64,000 bases of DNA from an uncultured Candidatus Rokubacteria bacterium (GCA_963789955.1 CAWBMV010000003.1:1-64000), one strand, 5' to 3'; counted from the stretch's first letter, positions 42,533 through 53,094 are shown. Made by a program: numbers and translations. The notes: generated by a model not told the origin, from the sequence alone.

Positions 42533-44076
42533 ATGAAATCGCTCGTGATCCGATCCGTGCTGGTCACCCTGCTGCTCTCGTCCGTGTGGTCTCAGCCGGC
42601 GCTCGCCGCGGACCCGCCCGCGGGAACGATGACGTGGGGTGTTCACGTCACGCTGGCCGCGCGCTGGCTCGATCCGAGCGATACCGAGGCGTTCATCACG
42701 CCGTTTCTCGTGCTGTATGCCCTCCACGACGCGCTGGTGAAGCCGATGCCGGGCGGCGACAACACGCCGAGCCTGGCCGAGTCGTGGACCACGTCGAAGG
42801 ACGGCCTGACCTACGAGTTCGTGCTCCGAAAGGGCGTGAAGTTTCACAACGGCGACCCGGTCACCGCCGAGGACGTGAAGTTCTCGTTCGAGCGCTACCA
42901 CGGCGCCGCGGCGAAGCTCTTGAAGGATCGCGTGCGCGAGATCACGATCGTCGACCCCGGGCGCGTGCGCTTCCAGCTGAAGGAGCCGTGGCCGGACTTC
43001 ATGACCTTCTACGGCACGTCCGCGACCGGCGCAGCGTGGATCGTGCCCAAGAAGTACGTCGAGAAGGTCGGCGAGGACGGCTTCAAGAAGGCGCCGATCG
43101 GCGCCGGGCCGTACAAGTTCGTGAGCTTCAACCCGGGGATCGATCTGGTGCTGGAGGCGTTCGACGGCTACTGGCGCAAGGTGCCGAGCGTGAAGCGGCT
43201 CGTCTTCCGGAGCATGCCCGATGAGACCACGCGCGCGGCCGCGCTCAAGGCCGGCGACGTGGACATCGTCTATCTCCTGAGCGGCCCCGTGGCCGCCGAG
43301 GTCAAGCGGTCGCCCGGGTTGCGCCTGGCCGCCGCGATGCCGCCCGGCGTCGTGTTTCTCGATCTGCCGGAGCAATGGGATCCGAAGTCGCCCTGGGCCG
43401 ACCGGCGCGTGCGTCTGGCGGCGAGCCATGCGCTCGATCGGAGCGCCCTCAATCAGGCCGAGACGCTTGGACTCTCGCGGCCGACCGGCGGGCTCGTCCC
43501 GCGTACCCTGGAGTTCGCGAAGACGTTCGAGCCGCCGGCCTACGATCCCGCGCGCGCCAAGAAGCTCCTAGCCGAGGCCGGGTATCCTTCGGGCTTCGAC
43601 GCCGGCGAGCTGACGCCGTTCCCGCCGTTCTTCTCGCTGGCCGAGGCGATCGGGAACTATCTGCAAGAGGCGGCATCCGCACGCGCCTGCGCACGATGGA
43701 GCGGGCCGCGTTTCTCACGGCGTGGCGCGAGCACAAGATCAAGGGCGTCATCATGGGGCTCGGCGCGCCGGCCGGCAATGCGGCCACGCGCATCGAGGTC
43801 TACGTGACCAAGGGCGGGATCTACGCCTCGGGCGTGGTGCCGGAGATCGAGGATCTCTATCAGCGTCAGGGCCGCGAGCTGGATCGGAAGAAGCGCGAGT
43901 CGCTGCTGCACCAGATCCAGCAGATCGTGTACGACCGGGCCATGTACGTGCCGATCTACGAGCTCGCCTTCCTCTGGGGCGTCGGACCCCGCGTCGAGGA
44001 AGCGTGCGTCGACCACATCAAGGGCTTTTCGTACTCGGCGCCCTACGAGGATCTGAAGCTCAGGCCGGGCCGCTGA
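42533..44076 (+). CDS. Peptide/nickel-type ABC substrate-binding protein, family 5 (frameshift near 43670)
   Basis: SLAESW, LRKGVKFHNG, TAEDVKFS, PIGAGPYKF. Confidence 0.9.
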
Positions 44077-45349
44077 GCCGCTCGGCGGCCGCGAGCCGCG
44101 ACGCGTAGAAGCTCTGCTCGCGCGCATTGTCGGTGAGCTCGAGCGCGCGGCGGTACTCGGCGGCCGCCTCGGCGGCGCGTCCGAGCCGGCGGAGGAAGTC
44201 GGCGCGCGCGGCCGGCAAGAGGTGATAGCCGCGGAGCGCCGCCGCGTCGATGCCGTCGAGGGCGGCGAGCCCGGCGGCCGGGCCACGCGCGAGTCCGATC
44301 GCCACCGCGCGGTTCAGCTCGACCACCGGTGACGGCGCGATCTCGGCGAGCGCCCGATAGTGCGTCACGATGGCTTCCCAGTCCGTCGCTTCCCAGGAGG
44401 CCGCGCGCGCATGGCAGGCGGCGATGGCGGCCTGGAGCTGGTAGGGGCCGGCGCGCGCGATCGGCCCCGCTCGGCCGAGCAAGTCGAGCCCGCTGGCGAT
44501 CCGCGCTCGATCCCAGCGCGATCGGTCTTGATCCGCGAGCAGCACCAGGTTGCCGTCGGCGTCGGCGCGTGTGGCGATGCGCGAGGTCTGCAGCTCCATC
44601 AGCGCGAGGAGACCGAGCACCTCGGGCTCGCCCGGCATCAGCTCGGCCAGCATGTGGCCCAACCGCACGGCCTCGGCGCAGAGATCGTGACGGACCAGCG
44701 CGTCGCCGCTGTGCGCGGCGTAGCCCTCGTTGAAGACCAGGTAGACCACCGCGAGCACGGCCGGCAGTCGCTCGGACAGCTCAGCCCCTTCGGGCACCTC
44801 GTAGGGCAGGGCACGGTCGCGAATCGTGCGCTTGGCGCGCACGAGCCGCTGCGCGATCGTGGGCTCGGGCACGAGAAAGGCGTGCGCGATCTCGACGGTC
44901 GAGAGGCCGCCCACCAGCCGCAAGGTGAGCGCCACGCGGCTGTCGGCCGGCAGGCCCGGGTGACAGCAGGTGAAGATCAGCCGGAGCCGGTCGTCGGTAA
45001 TCGTCTCGGGATCGCTCACGTCCGGACTCCCATCGTCCGCGCCGAGCGTGGCCTCGTAGGCAAGCGCCTCGGCCTTGGCTCCCGCCCGGCGCGTGCGCCG
45101 GAGACGGTCGATCGCGCGTCGCCGAGCCGTCGTGAGAAGCCAGCCGCCCGGCCGATCCGGCGTGCCGGTCACCGGCCAGCGGTCGAGCGCTTGCTCGAAC
45201 GCCTCCTGGACGATCTCCTCGGCCAGGTCGATGTCGCGCACCATCCGGAGCACCGACGCGACGACTCGCGCGTACTCCTGGCGGAACGCCTCCGCCACGC
45301 GCGCGTGCGCGTCGGAGACCGGCGTTGGCTCGTGAGCGCTCTCCGTCAC
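44060..45349 (-). CDS. ECF RNA polymerase sigma factor with C-terminal TPR-like extension (ECF42-like)
   Basis: AEEIVQEAF, WLLTTARRRAID, DDRLRLIFTCCHP, QRLVRAK, YLVFNEGY, GPYQLQAAIAA. Confidence 0.9.
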   Translation of the reverse strand: MTESAHEPTPVSDAHARVAEAFRQEYARVVASVLRMVRDIDLAEEIVQEAFEQALDRWPVTGTPDRPGGWLLTTARRRAIDRLRRTRRAGAKAEALAYEATLGADDGSPDVSDPETITDDRLRLIFTCCHPGLPADSRVALTLRLVGGLSTVEIAHAFLVPEPTIAQRLVRAKRTIRDRALPYEVPEGAELSERLPAVLAVVYLVFNEGYAAHSGDALVRHDLCAEAVRLGHMLAELMPGEPEVLGLLALMELQTSRIATRADADGNLVLLADQDRSRWDRARIASGLDLLGRAGPIARAGPYQLQAAIAACHARAASWEATDWEAIVTHYRALAEIAPSPVVELNRAVAIGLARGPAAGLAALDGIDAAALRGYHLLPAARADFLRRLGRAAEAAAEYRRALELTDNAREQSFYASRLAAAERLSGPA

Positions 45350-45403
45350 GAGCCAAGATGTTACTCGATGCGCCGCCGGCGGCCGTTACGGCGTGGCGTC
45401 GAC

Positions 45404-45748
45404 TCACATGGGCCACACGGGACGGATCTCGATGGTGCCGCCCTCGCCGAGCGGGATCTTCTTCGCCCACTCGATGGCTTCCGACTTCGAGTCGCAGTCG
45501 ATCAGGTAGAAGCCGCCCAGGACCTCTTTCGTCTCGGTGAACGGCCCGTCGGTGACCTGACGCTGGCCGGCCTTGAAGCGCATGCGGCTGGCGTCCTCGT
45601 CGCCGCGCAGGCGCTCGCCGTGGACCATCTTCTTGGCGGCCATGAGCTCCTCGCCGAAGCGCTGGTGGCCTTTCATGATGGCCTCCATCTGGGCCTGCTG
45701 CGGGGGCGGCGCCGACTTGTCGTTGTTGATCAGAAGCATGTAGCGCAT
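45404..45748 (-). CDS. YciI/DGPF-domain protein
   Basis: TDGPFTETKE.LGGFYLI; the usual partner upstream of ECF42 sigma factors. Confidence 0.9.
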   Translation of the reverse strand: MRYMLLINNDKSAPPPQQAQMEAIMKGHQRFGEELMAAKKMVHGERLRGDEDASRMRFKAGQRQVTDGPFTETKEVLGGFYLIDCDSKSEAIEWAKKIPLGEGGTIEIRPVWPM

Positions 45749-45834
45749 GGGTTCCGTTCCTCCTCATCTATACGACGCCGACACCGGGCCGGAATCGACA
45801 GTCACGGGGCGCATTCCGCTGGTAGGATACGCGC

Positions 45835-46776
45835 ATGCCGCCGGGCACCGTCGACCGGATCCGCGTCACGACCGTGGTCGACAACTACATCGACAACCTG
45901 CGCCAGGACGATGCAATTGCCCGCCGTTACAGCGCCTTCGTGGCCGGCAAGATGCCGGATCTTCGAGCCGAGCACGGTCTGGCTCACCTGGTCGAGGTCA
46001 CCCGGGGCGGAGACCGGTTCACGATGGCCCTCGACTTCGGGCTCACGCCGGACACCATGAACCACAACTTCCGCGAGCTGGCCCTCGATCCGGGCTCGAT
46101 CGATGCGCTCGGCCTCTCGCACGGTCACCGCGACCACTGGGGCGGGCTGACCGGCTTCCTGCACTCCTGGCGGCGCCGCCTCCGGAAGGATCTGGCCTTC
46201 TACGGCGGTGTCGATCACTTCAGGCCCCGCTGGCAGCAGCGCGGCGAGCGCCGGGTCTACAGCGGGCGCCTCTCGCGCGACGAGATCGAGCGGTACGAGA
46301 TCGACGTGCGGCTCGTCGCCAAGCCGACGCCGATCGCCGAAGGGGTGTGGCTCTCCGGCGAGATGCACGCCACCGAGGACTGGGAGACGATTCCGTCGAA
46401 CCTCCGCGTCGAGGAGGACGGCGAGCTACTCCAGGACACCTTCATCGGCGAGCAGACCCTGGTGGCCAACGTGCGCGACCGCGGGCTGGTCGTGGTCACG
46501 TCGTGCTCGCACCGCGGCATCGTCGGCATCTGCCGCAACGCCGTCCGCTTCACGGGGATTCCCAAGGTGCACGCCGTCATCGGCGGCTTTCATCTCAGCG
46601 GGCTGGACGATGCGCGCATCACGCGGGTGGTCGACGCGTTTCGCGGCCTCGACGTGGAGCACATCGTCCCGCAGCACTGCACCGGCATCGAGGCCATCGG
46701 CGCGGTCATGCAACGGCTGCCCGGGCGGTTCATCGCCAGCTCGGTCGGCACGACGTTCGAGTTTGCGGCACCCTAG
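45835..46776 (+). CDS. MBL-fold metallo-hydrolase (7,8-dihydropterin PDE-like)
   Basis: AEHG, SHGHRDHWGG, CSHRG, GGFH, HCTG. Confidence 0.88.
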   Translation: MPPGTVDRIRVTTVVDNYIDNLRQDDAIARRYSAFVAGKMPDLRAEHGLAHLVEVTRGGDRFTMALDFGLTPDTMNHNFRELALDPGSIDALGLSHGHRDHWGGLTGFLHSWRRRLRKDLAFYGGVDHFRPRWQQRGERRVYSGRLSRDEIERYEIDVRLVAKPTPIAEGVWLSGEMHATEDWETIPSNLRVEEDGELLQDTFIGEQTLVANVRDRGLVVVTSCSHRGIVGICRNAVRFTGIPKVHAVIGGFHLSGLDDARITRVVDAFRGLDVEHIVPQHCTGIEAIGAVMQRLPGRFIASSVGTTFEFAAP

Positions 46777-46792
46777 AACAGGAGGAACGGCC

Positions 46793-47221
46793 ATGAGCGA
46801 GCAGAAGCAGCTGTTCAGCGCGAGCCTGGCGAAGGACGCCGTCTACAAGACCGGCTTGCGGAGCTTCATGGAGTACCGCGATCTCGGCATCGAGAACGCG
46901 ACGCACGGTAAGTTCCGGGCCCACACGATCCGGATCAAGAAGGAAGCGGGCAGCGACCACGATTTGCACACCACGGGCTTGCATCAGCACAACTGCGACT
47001 TCCAGATGTTCTACGTGCTGAACGGCTGGATCAAGTTCGTCTACGAGGATCACGGCGAGCACACGTTCACCAAGGGCGACTGCATCCTGCAGCCGCCGGG
47101 GATCGTGCACAACGAGCTCGACTGCTCCGACGACGTCGAGATCCTCGAGATCTATTCGCCGGCCGTGCACGAGACCAAGGTCGTCCGCCAGATGCCGGAG
47201 GCGGCCGCCGCCGCGCGCTGA
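46793..47221 (+). CDS. Cupin domain protein
   Basis: GLRSFMEYRDLGI, HQH..FQMFYVLNGW, PGIVHNE; RBS AGGAGG. Confidence 0.85.
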   Translation: MSEQKQLFSASLAKDAVYKTGLRSFMEYRDLGIENATHGKFRAHTIRIKKEAGSDHDLHTTGLHQHNCDFQMFYVLNGWIKFVYEDHGEHTFTKGDCILQPPGIVHNELDCSDDVEILEIYSPAVHETKVVRQMPEAAAAAR

Positions 47222-47251
47222 GCGCGCCGGCGACGACAGGGACGAACAGCA

Positions 47252-47623
47252 ATGCCGAAAGTATTTCGGGTGTACAGCGGCTCGGACGGGAAGTCTCACA
47301 TCGCCGAGGTGCCGCTGGCGATGAAGCCGTTCTCCGACGTCGAAGGCGCCCACGGCGAGGGCACGCCGATGCAGTCGGCGAGCGGCATCGCGTTTCGCGT
47401 GGCGCCGCCGGGCTACGTGCTCAACTGGCACTGCGCCCCGCGGCGGCAGTACTCGATCTCGCTCTCGGGCACCGCGGAGATCGAGGTCGGCGACGGCACG
47501 GTCGCGCGGGTCGGGCCGGGCGACGTGGTGCTGGCCGAGGACCTGACCGGCCAGGGCCACGTCACGCGCGTGGTCGGCAACCAGCCCCGGATGTACGCGA
47601 TCGTGCCGCTGGGCGACTCTTAG
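47252..47623 (+). CDS. Cupin-like hypothetical protein
   Basis: DGKSH, WHCAPRRQ, GDVVLAEDLTGQGH. Confidence 0.8.
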   Translation: MPKVFRVYSGSDGKSHIAEVPLAMKPFSDVEGAHGEGTPMQSASGIAFRVAPPGYVLNWHCAPRRQYSISLSGTAEIEVGDGTVARVGPGDVVLAEDLTGQGHVTRVVGNQPRMYAIVPLGDS

Positions 47624-47928
47624 CTCTTCGGAGTCGCCTGAGTCGCCTCGCAGCGATAGACGTCGGCGGTCATGTAGTCCTGGAGACCGAAGTACCCGCC
47701 CTTCGACGTTCGCTGCGGGGTCATCAGCGCGACATTGCCGCCCAATTTCGCGGCTTTCTTTTGAAGATCGTCGAGCGCGTCGTCGGCAACGGTGCCAAGA
47801 GCGCGACATCCGCTCACTCGACTCGCGTCATCGACGACCAGCACGCCGGCGGGCGCGGGCGACGTCGACGCGCATCCTGCCATCGACAGCGCGAACAGGC
47901 TCGCGCACACAATCCCTCGGGTGTTCAT
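47620..47928 (-). CDS. Small lipoprotein (DUF4156-like)
   Basis: Lipobox MAGC, C..LG.V, AAKLGGN, ADVYRC. Confidence 0.7.
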   Translation of the reverse strand: MNTRGIVCASLFALSMAGCASTSPAPAGVLVVDDASRVSGCRALGTVADDALDDLQKKAAKLGGNVALMTPQRTSKGGYFGLQDYMTADVYRCEATQATPKS

Positions 47929-48182
47929 CAGTGAATTCCCTCATTGTCGAATATTGACCACAATATGAGTGTCGCTGTCGGCGAGCGTGTCTGCAAGGAG
48001 TCCGGCCTCCCCGGGTAGTCGACGCAATCTGACGTCCGACGGTCCGCTTACGGCCAACCGTATCCGAACGTGCACTCTTGACATGTTGGCTGGTGTGCAT
48101 CCGTGGCGTGCCCACGCCGCGGGGTAGACGACGCGCCCGTGGTCCTCGGAAAGGCGCCAGGAGGCGCGACAGCTCCGTGGCC

Positions 48183-48274
48183 TCGCGAAAAATGCCGACC
48201 GCGCTGCGATCGCCTCGCGGCGCGCCACGCAGGGTCGGTCCGAAATCGCGATGTAGAGTCTCTTCAGGAGACTC
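48183..48274 (+). promoter_or_regulatory. Structured 5' leader of the DUF222-HNH gene, including an RBS-occluding hairpin
   Basis: Nested inverted repeats TCGCGA/TCGCGA, CCGACC/GGTCGG, GCGCTGCGA/TCGCGGCGC, and GAGTCTC-TTCAG-GAGACTC covering AGGAG. Confidence 0.55.
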
Positions 48275-48277
48275 ACC

Positions 48278-49623
48278 ATGAACGTGCTGATGACCGCCGT
48301 GATCGATCCCGATCCCTCGACCGCTGAGCTGGATCGCCTGGGCGACGAGATCGCCGAGCTCTCCGCGCACCTCGAAGCGGCGACCGCGCGTCTGCTCGAT
48401 CTGATCCGCGAGTTCGACGCTCGCGAAGGGTGGAATCACGGCTTCCGCTCGTGCGCGCACTGGCTGAGCTGGCGAGTAGGGTTCGACATCGGCGCCGCAC
48501 GCGAGAAGGTCCGGGTGGCGCGGGCGCTCGGCGCCCTGCCGCGTCTGGCCAAGGCGCTGGCCCATGGGGAGCTGTCGTACGCAAAGGTCCGTGCGCTGAC
48601 TCGCGTGGCGACTCCCGCGACGGAAGAGCGCCTGCTGGCGGTGGGGCGGGCGGGGACGGCGGAGCATGTCGAGCGGATCGTACGTGGCTGGCGGCGAGTA
48701 GATCAGAAAGCGGAGGCCCGTGAATCAGCCGCCAGGCATCGTAGCCGCGCGTTGCATGTGTATCGGAATGAGGACGGCATGGTCACAGTCCGTGGACGGC
48801 TCGAGCCCGAAGTCGGCGAGCTGTTGATCCAGGCACTGACCGCGGCGCGCGAGGCGCTGTATCAGCGGACTCAGCGGACCTTCGACGACGCCGGCTCGGC
48901 GGACGTTTCCGCGGACACGCCTGCGTTCGAGCAGCAGCAGGCCGATGCGCTGGCACTGCTCGCCGAGACGGCGCTCCATCACGGTATCGATCCGGGAGCG
49001 CCGGGCGAGCGCTACCAGGTGGTCGTTCACGTGGACGCCCCGGTGCTCGCTGATCCCCAGGCGCCCGGGCAGTCCGCGCTCGAGAACGGCGAGCACGTTT
49101 CCGCGGAAACGTCGCGGCGCCTGGCCTGCGACGCCAGTCTGGTCGTGATGCAGCATGCGCGGAGCGGGCGAGTCGTAGAAGTCGCGGCGCGGACGCGGAC
49201 GATCCCGCCCGCTCTACGCCGCGCGCTCCACCATCGCGACCACGGCTGTCGCTTTCCGGGTTGTGGCGTGCGCGTCGGTCAGGGCCACCACATCAGGCAT
49301 TGGGCGCAGGGAGGACCGACGACGCTCTCGAACCTGGCGATGCTATGCCGGCGCCACCATCGCGCCGTTCACGAGGAGGGCTACCAGGTGGACCGCGACC
49401 ATCACGGCGAGCTTCGGTTCCGCCGCCCCGATGGGCGGCTCTTGCCGGAGGTACCGCGTCGCGTCGACGGTGCCGGCCGACTACGGTCAGCGTCCTGCGA
49501 GCGCAGAATCACGTTCAGGGAGCGGTTCTGGACGCGCGGACCGCGACACCGTTCTGGCGCGGTGAGCGGTTGGATGTCGGCTACGCGATCGATGTGTTGC
49601 ATCCGTGGGCCCGAGGCGACTAA
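48278..49623 (+). CDS. DUF222 domain-containing HNH endonuclease (frameshift near 49460-49490)
   Basis: AHWLSWR, GELSYAKVRALTR, RRLACD, RRALHHRDHGCRFPGC, HHIRHWAQGGPTTLSNLAMLCRRHH; C-terminus GERLDVGYAIDVL is in ORF 49261-49623. Confidence 0.88.
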
Positions 49624-49737
49624 GGCCGACGCTAGCGCCAGTTGGCGAGATCCCGTGACTGGGCGACGGTCTCGCTACGGCGAGCTACGTGAACGCCGGG
49701 AGCAAGCTTTCGCAGATCGCCAGCCCGCGTCGCCTAG

Positions 49738-51192
49738 TCAATTCCCGATGATCTTCGCGGCCTCCCCGGTGAGCCGCACGATGTGCAGCCCCGTGTTGGC
49801 GCGATCAGCCAGGTAGACGAAGCCGCGCTCGTCGGCCTCGACGTTGTTGGTCTGGATCGCGACCTTGCAGCTCCGGGTCGGCTCGGTGACACAGCGCTCG
49901 GCGGTCCGTTCCGTCGTTGCTGGGATGTAGAACGCGACTTCCCGCGGCGCGTAGGGGTTGCGGATGTCCACCGCGCGCACGCCCGCGTTGAAGTAGGCGA
50001 TGAAGACGAGCTTCTTGTAGAAGATCGGCGCGAACGACTCGCTGCTCGAGTGCGGCCCGAATCGGCCACCCCGCTGGCAGAACTTGCCGAGAGACTCGGG
50101 CACCTCGAACGTGGCCACACCGAACGGGCGCGTCTCGGTCGTGATGTCGATCATGAACGAGCCGTGGCGAAACTCGCGACACTCGTTCGCGATGGCTTCC
50201 GAGACGAGCACGACGAAGTCGCGCATGTGGCCCTTCGTGTTCGGGGCCCAGTCGCCGATCGTCATCCCGAGCACGGGGAACGCGGTGTGGCCTCCCCAGT
50301 TGGGCGACATGTAGAGCCGGCTGATCTCGGGCGCGTTGAGGTTGGCCGTGGTCGGCTCTTTCGGCCCCGCGAGGAGCTTCTGGCGGTCGACGATCTGCAA
50401 GATCCCGTCGGCGCTGGTGCCGTACGCGAAATAGACCCGATTGCCGAGCACCATCGGCCCGTGCGCGCCCGGCGGGACGGGACCCGGCGCGGTCGAACCT
50501 GGCTCCTGGCCCGCCAGGCCGAAGTCGCGCACGAAGACGGGCTTCGCGGGATCGCTCAGGTCGTAGATCTTCGTCATGCGCGACGTGCGCCAGCCCGAGG
50601 CCCCGGGCTGCAGCGGATCCGGCTTGGCCAGATCGCCCGAGATGAGATAGGCGGTACCCGTGTCGCACTCCCAGTAGTTCTTGTGCGTGGAGGTGAGCCC
50701 GGTGACGACCGTGCTGACCTTGCGCGGTTTCGCCGGATCGCTCACGTCCCAGACCTCGTGGCCCGAGTTCGGGACCGCGTTACCGAACGTCCGCAGCAGG
50801 TACGTCTTGCCCTGGCGATCGCAGACGCGCGCCATCTGCGCCCCACCTTGCTCGCCGCCGCCCGCCGCTCCGGGGATGTGCGCCAGATAGCGCGGTCGCG
50901 CCGCGTCGGTGACGTCGACGATCGATGTGCCGTTGTCCTCGTCGACGCCCGTGAGCGGGTTTTTCGACTTGCCGCCGTGATGGCCCACGTAGGCGATGAA
51001 GCGACCGCCTTGCTTGTGGAGCGTCGGCTGGTACGCCGAGCGCCCCTGCAGATCGTCGTGGCCGACTAGCTCCATGTCGCGGGCTTCGGCGCCGTGACCG
51101 CGCGCCGTTTGCGCGGACGCGAGCGCGGCCGCGAGGATCACGAGAACGAAGCCGAAGAGGATCAGCGAAGAGCGTCGCAGGAGCGGAGGCAT
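49738..51192 (-). CDS. Secreted LVIVD-repeat-like (beta-propeller) hypothetical protein
   Basis: Signal peptide; repeated SIVDVTD, EVWDVSDP, IYDLSDP, QIVD, AVDIRNP units. Confidence 0.78.
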   Translation of the reverse strand: MPPLLRRSSLILFGFVLVILAAALASAQTARGHGAEARDMELVGHDDLQGRSAYQPTLHKQGGRFIAYVGHHGGKSKNPLTGVDEDNGTSIVDVTDAARPRYLAHIPGAAGGGEQGGAQMARVCDRQGKTYLLRTFGNAVPNSGHEVWDVSDPAKPRKVSTVVTGLTSTHKNYWECDTGTAYLISGDLAKPDPLQPGASGWRTSRMTKIYDLSDPAKPVFVRDFGLAGQEPGSTAPGPVPPGAHGPMVLGNRVYFAYGTSADGILQIVDRQKLLAGPKEPTTANLNAPEISRLYMSPNWGGHTAFPVLGMTIGDWAPNTKGHMRDFVVLVSEAIANECREFRHGSFMIDITTETRPFGVATFEVPESLGKFCQRGGRFGPHSSSESFAPIFYKKLVFIAYFNAGVRAVDIRNPYAPREVAFYIPATTERTAERCVTEPTRSCKVAIQTNNVEADERGFVYLADRANTGLHIVRLTGEAAKIIGN

Positions 51193-51304
51193 GGCTATCT
51201 CCTTTTTCAGGGCTCGTGCGAGGCATGATACCGCGCGTCCAGTCGACATGCGTCTCCGAAGCTCGACGTTGATATCGCCTTCCGCGCGGACTTAAAGTGA
51301 GAGC

Positions 51305-51880
51305 ATGGCGCAAGCCCCGCTCACGCTCCGACGCTGGACGCGCATCGAGTACGACCGGCTCGTGGACCTCGGCGTATTCGAGGGCGAGCCCCTCGAGCTC
51401 ATCGGGGGCCAGCTCATCGTTGCGGAGCCTAAGGGCGCGCATCACAGCTCGGCGGTGAGCAGCGCCGAATACGCACTGCGAGCCGGCCTTCCGTCGGGAT
51501 GGATCGTGAGGACGCAGCAGCCGGTGTCACTCGACGACGAGTCCGAGCCCGAGCCCGATCTGGCCGTCGTCCCGGGGCGCCCCGGCGACTATCGCCACGC
51601 ACACCCTGAGCATCCCGTGCTTGCCGTCGAGGTTTCGGATTCGAGTCTTCATTTCGACCGACAGCAGAAGGGCAGTCTCTATGCCCGGGCCGGAATCGAG
51701 GACTACTGGACCGTCAACCTCGTCGATCGCGTTCTCGAGATCCATCGCGATCCGAGCCCCGACCCGTCCGCCCTCTACGGGTGGCGGTACCGGTCCGTCA
51801 TCACGCTGGTGCCGCCCGCCGTGGCCGTCCCGCTCGCCTTCGCGTCGAGCCGGATCGCTGTCGCCGATCTGCTGCCATAG
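51305..51880 (+). CDS. Uma2 family (DUF820) putative endonuclease
   Basis: ELIGG, PEPDLAV, AVEVSDSS, K..LYARAGI.DYW.VNL. Confidence 0.9.
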   Translation: MAQAPLTLRRWTRIEYDRLVDLGVFEGEPLELIGGQLIVAEPKGAHHSSAVSSAEYALRAGLPSGWIVRTQQPVSLDDESEPEPDLAVVPGRPGDYRHAHPEHPVLAVEVSDSSLHFDRQQKGSLYARAGIEDYWTVNLVDRVLEIHRDPSPDPSALYGWRYRSVITLVPPAVAVPLAFASSRIAVADLLP

Positions 51881-51906
51881 CCACAGCGCCCCTCGCCGGC
51901 ACGTCG

Positions 51907-53094
51907 TTAAATCGCACCGTCCGCCCGAAATTTCGCGATGTCGTCCTTCGAGTAGCCGAGGCTCGCCAGCACTTCGTCGGTGTGCTGGCCCAGGCGCGGC
52001 GGTGCGGTCTCGATGCTCGGGCCGCCCTCGGCGAACTTGAACGCGGCCAGTGGCACGGTGACCGGGCCCTCGATGCCCTCGATCTTCTCGTGGCGGTGTA
52101 GCACGCGCCGGCTCGCGAGCTGGGAATCTTGAAGACACTCCGAGAGGCGTCGCACGCGCCCGGCCGGGACGTGGCGGCTCTGGAGGTATTGCTCCCACTC
52201 GTCGGCGGTCCGCTGCTCGATGATCTTCTGAAGCTCTCCGGTCTGCGTCTCGTAGAGCTCCTCGCGCTCGTCGTGGCTCGACTGCGCGGCGATGTCCTCA
52301 CGGCCGACCGCGCGGAACAATCGCTCGTGCTGGCCGCGGTTGCCGGCCGCGATCATCAGCGGCGCGTCCTTGGCCTCGTAGAGCTGGCTGCTGGCGCGGT
52401 CCATCCGGTTGCCCTTGGGCTTGGGCTCGTGGCCCGTGCGCATGTAGGAGGTGATGTGCGAGCCCATCAGCATCAGCGACACGTCGAGCATCGAGCTGTC
52501 GATGTACTGGCCGCGTCCCGTGCGCTCGCGCTGAAAGAGCGCGGACGCGATCGCGAACGCGCACATCGTCCCGGTGGCGTAGTCGATGACGGGCGCGCCG
52601 GTCTTGATCGGGTTCACGTCGGGTGTCCCGGTCATGGCCATCATGCCGGAGGTGGCCTGGATCAGCTGATCGTAGGCCGTCTGCACGCCGCGCGGACCGT
52701 CCTGGCCGAACGCGGTCATCGAACAGTAGATCAGCCGCGGATTGAGAGGCCGCAGATCGTCGTACCCGAGCCCGAGCGCCGGGAACGCGCCCGAGCGCCA
52801 GTTCTCGACGAGGACGTCGGCGTCCTTCACGAGCTTCTTCAAGATCTCGCGCCCCTTCTCCGTTTTCAGATTGAGCGTGATCGCGCGCTTGTTCGAGGCC
52901 TGGGTGAGGAAGCCCGTGCCCATCTGCTGCCGGTTGAGGGTGCGATCGCCGCCCGTATCGCGGCTCTGATCGTAGTCCGTGGGGTGCTCGACCTTGATGA
53001 CGTCGGCCCCCAGCAGGGCCATCTGGTAGGCCGCGAACGGCCCGGCGAGCACATGGGTGATATCGATGATCTTGATCCCCTCGTATGGCCTCAT
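51907..53094 (-). CDS. CoA transferase family III (CaiB/BaiF)
   Basis: LAGPF, LGADVIKVE, NKR, ADVLVEN, IDYATG, PRLGQHT. Confidence 0.92.
   Translation of the reverse strand: MRPYEGIKIIDITHVLAGPFAAYQMALLGADVIKVEHPTDYDQSRDTGGDRTLNRQQMGTGFLTQASNKRAITLNLKTEKGREILKKLVKDADVLVENWRSGAFPALGLGYDDLRPLNPRLIYCSMTAFGQDGPRGVQTAYDQLIQATSGMMAMTGTPDVNPIKTGAPVIDYATGTMCAFAIASALFQRERTGRGQYIDSSMLDVSLMLMGSHITSYMRTGHEPKPKGNRMDRASSQLYEAKDAPLMIAAGNRGQHERLFRAVGREDIAAQSSHDEREELYETQTGELQKIIEQRTADEWEQYLQSRHVPAGRVRRLSECLQDSQLASRRVLHRHEKIEGIEGPVTVPLAAFKFAEGGPSIETAPPRLGQHTDEVLASLGYSKDDIAKFRADGAI

Noticed and set aside
48078..48083. TTGACA as the -35 box of the HNH element (similar case on the minus strand at 5632-5637)
   Set aside because: No convincing -10 hexamer at the expected spacing.
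51305..51880. Uma2 nuclease as part of a defence island with the HNH gene
   Set aside because: Uma2 genes are commonly scattered singletons; no methylase, antitoxin or other defence gene is adjacent.
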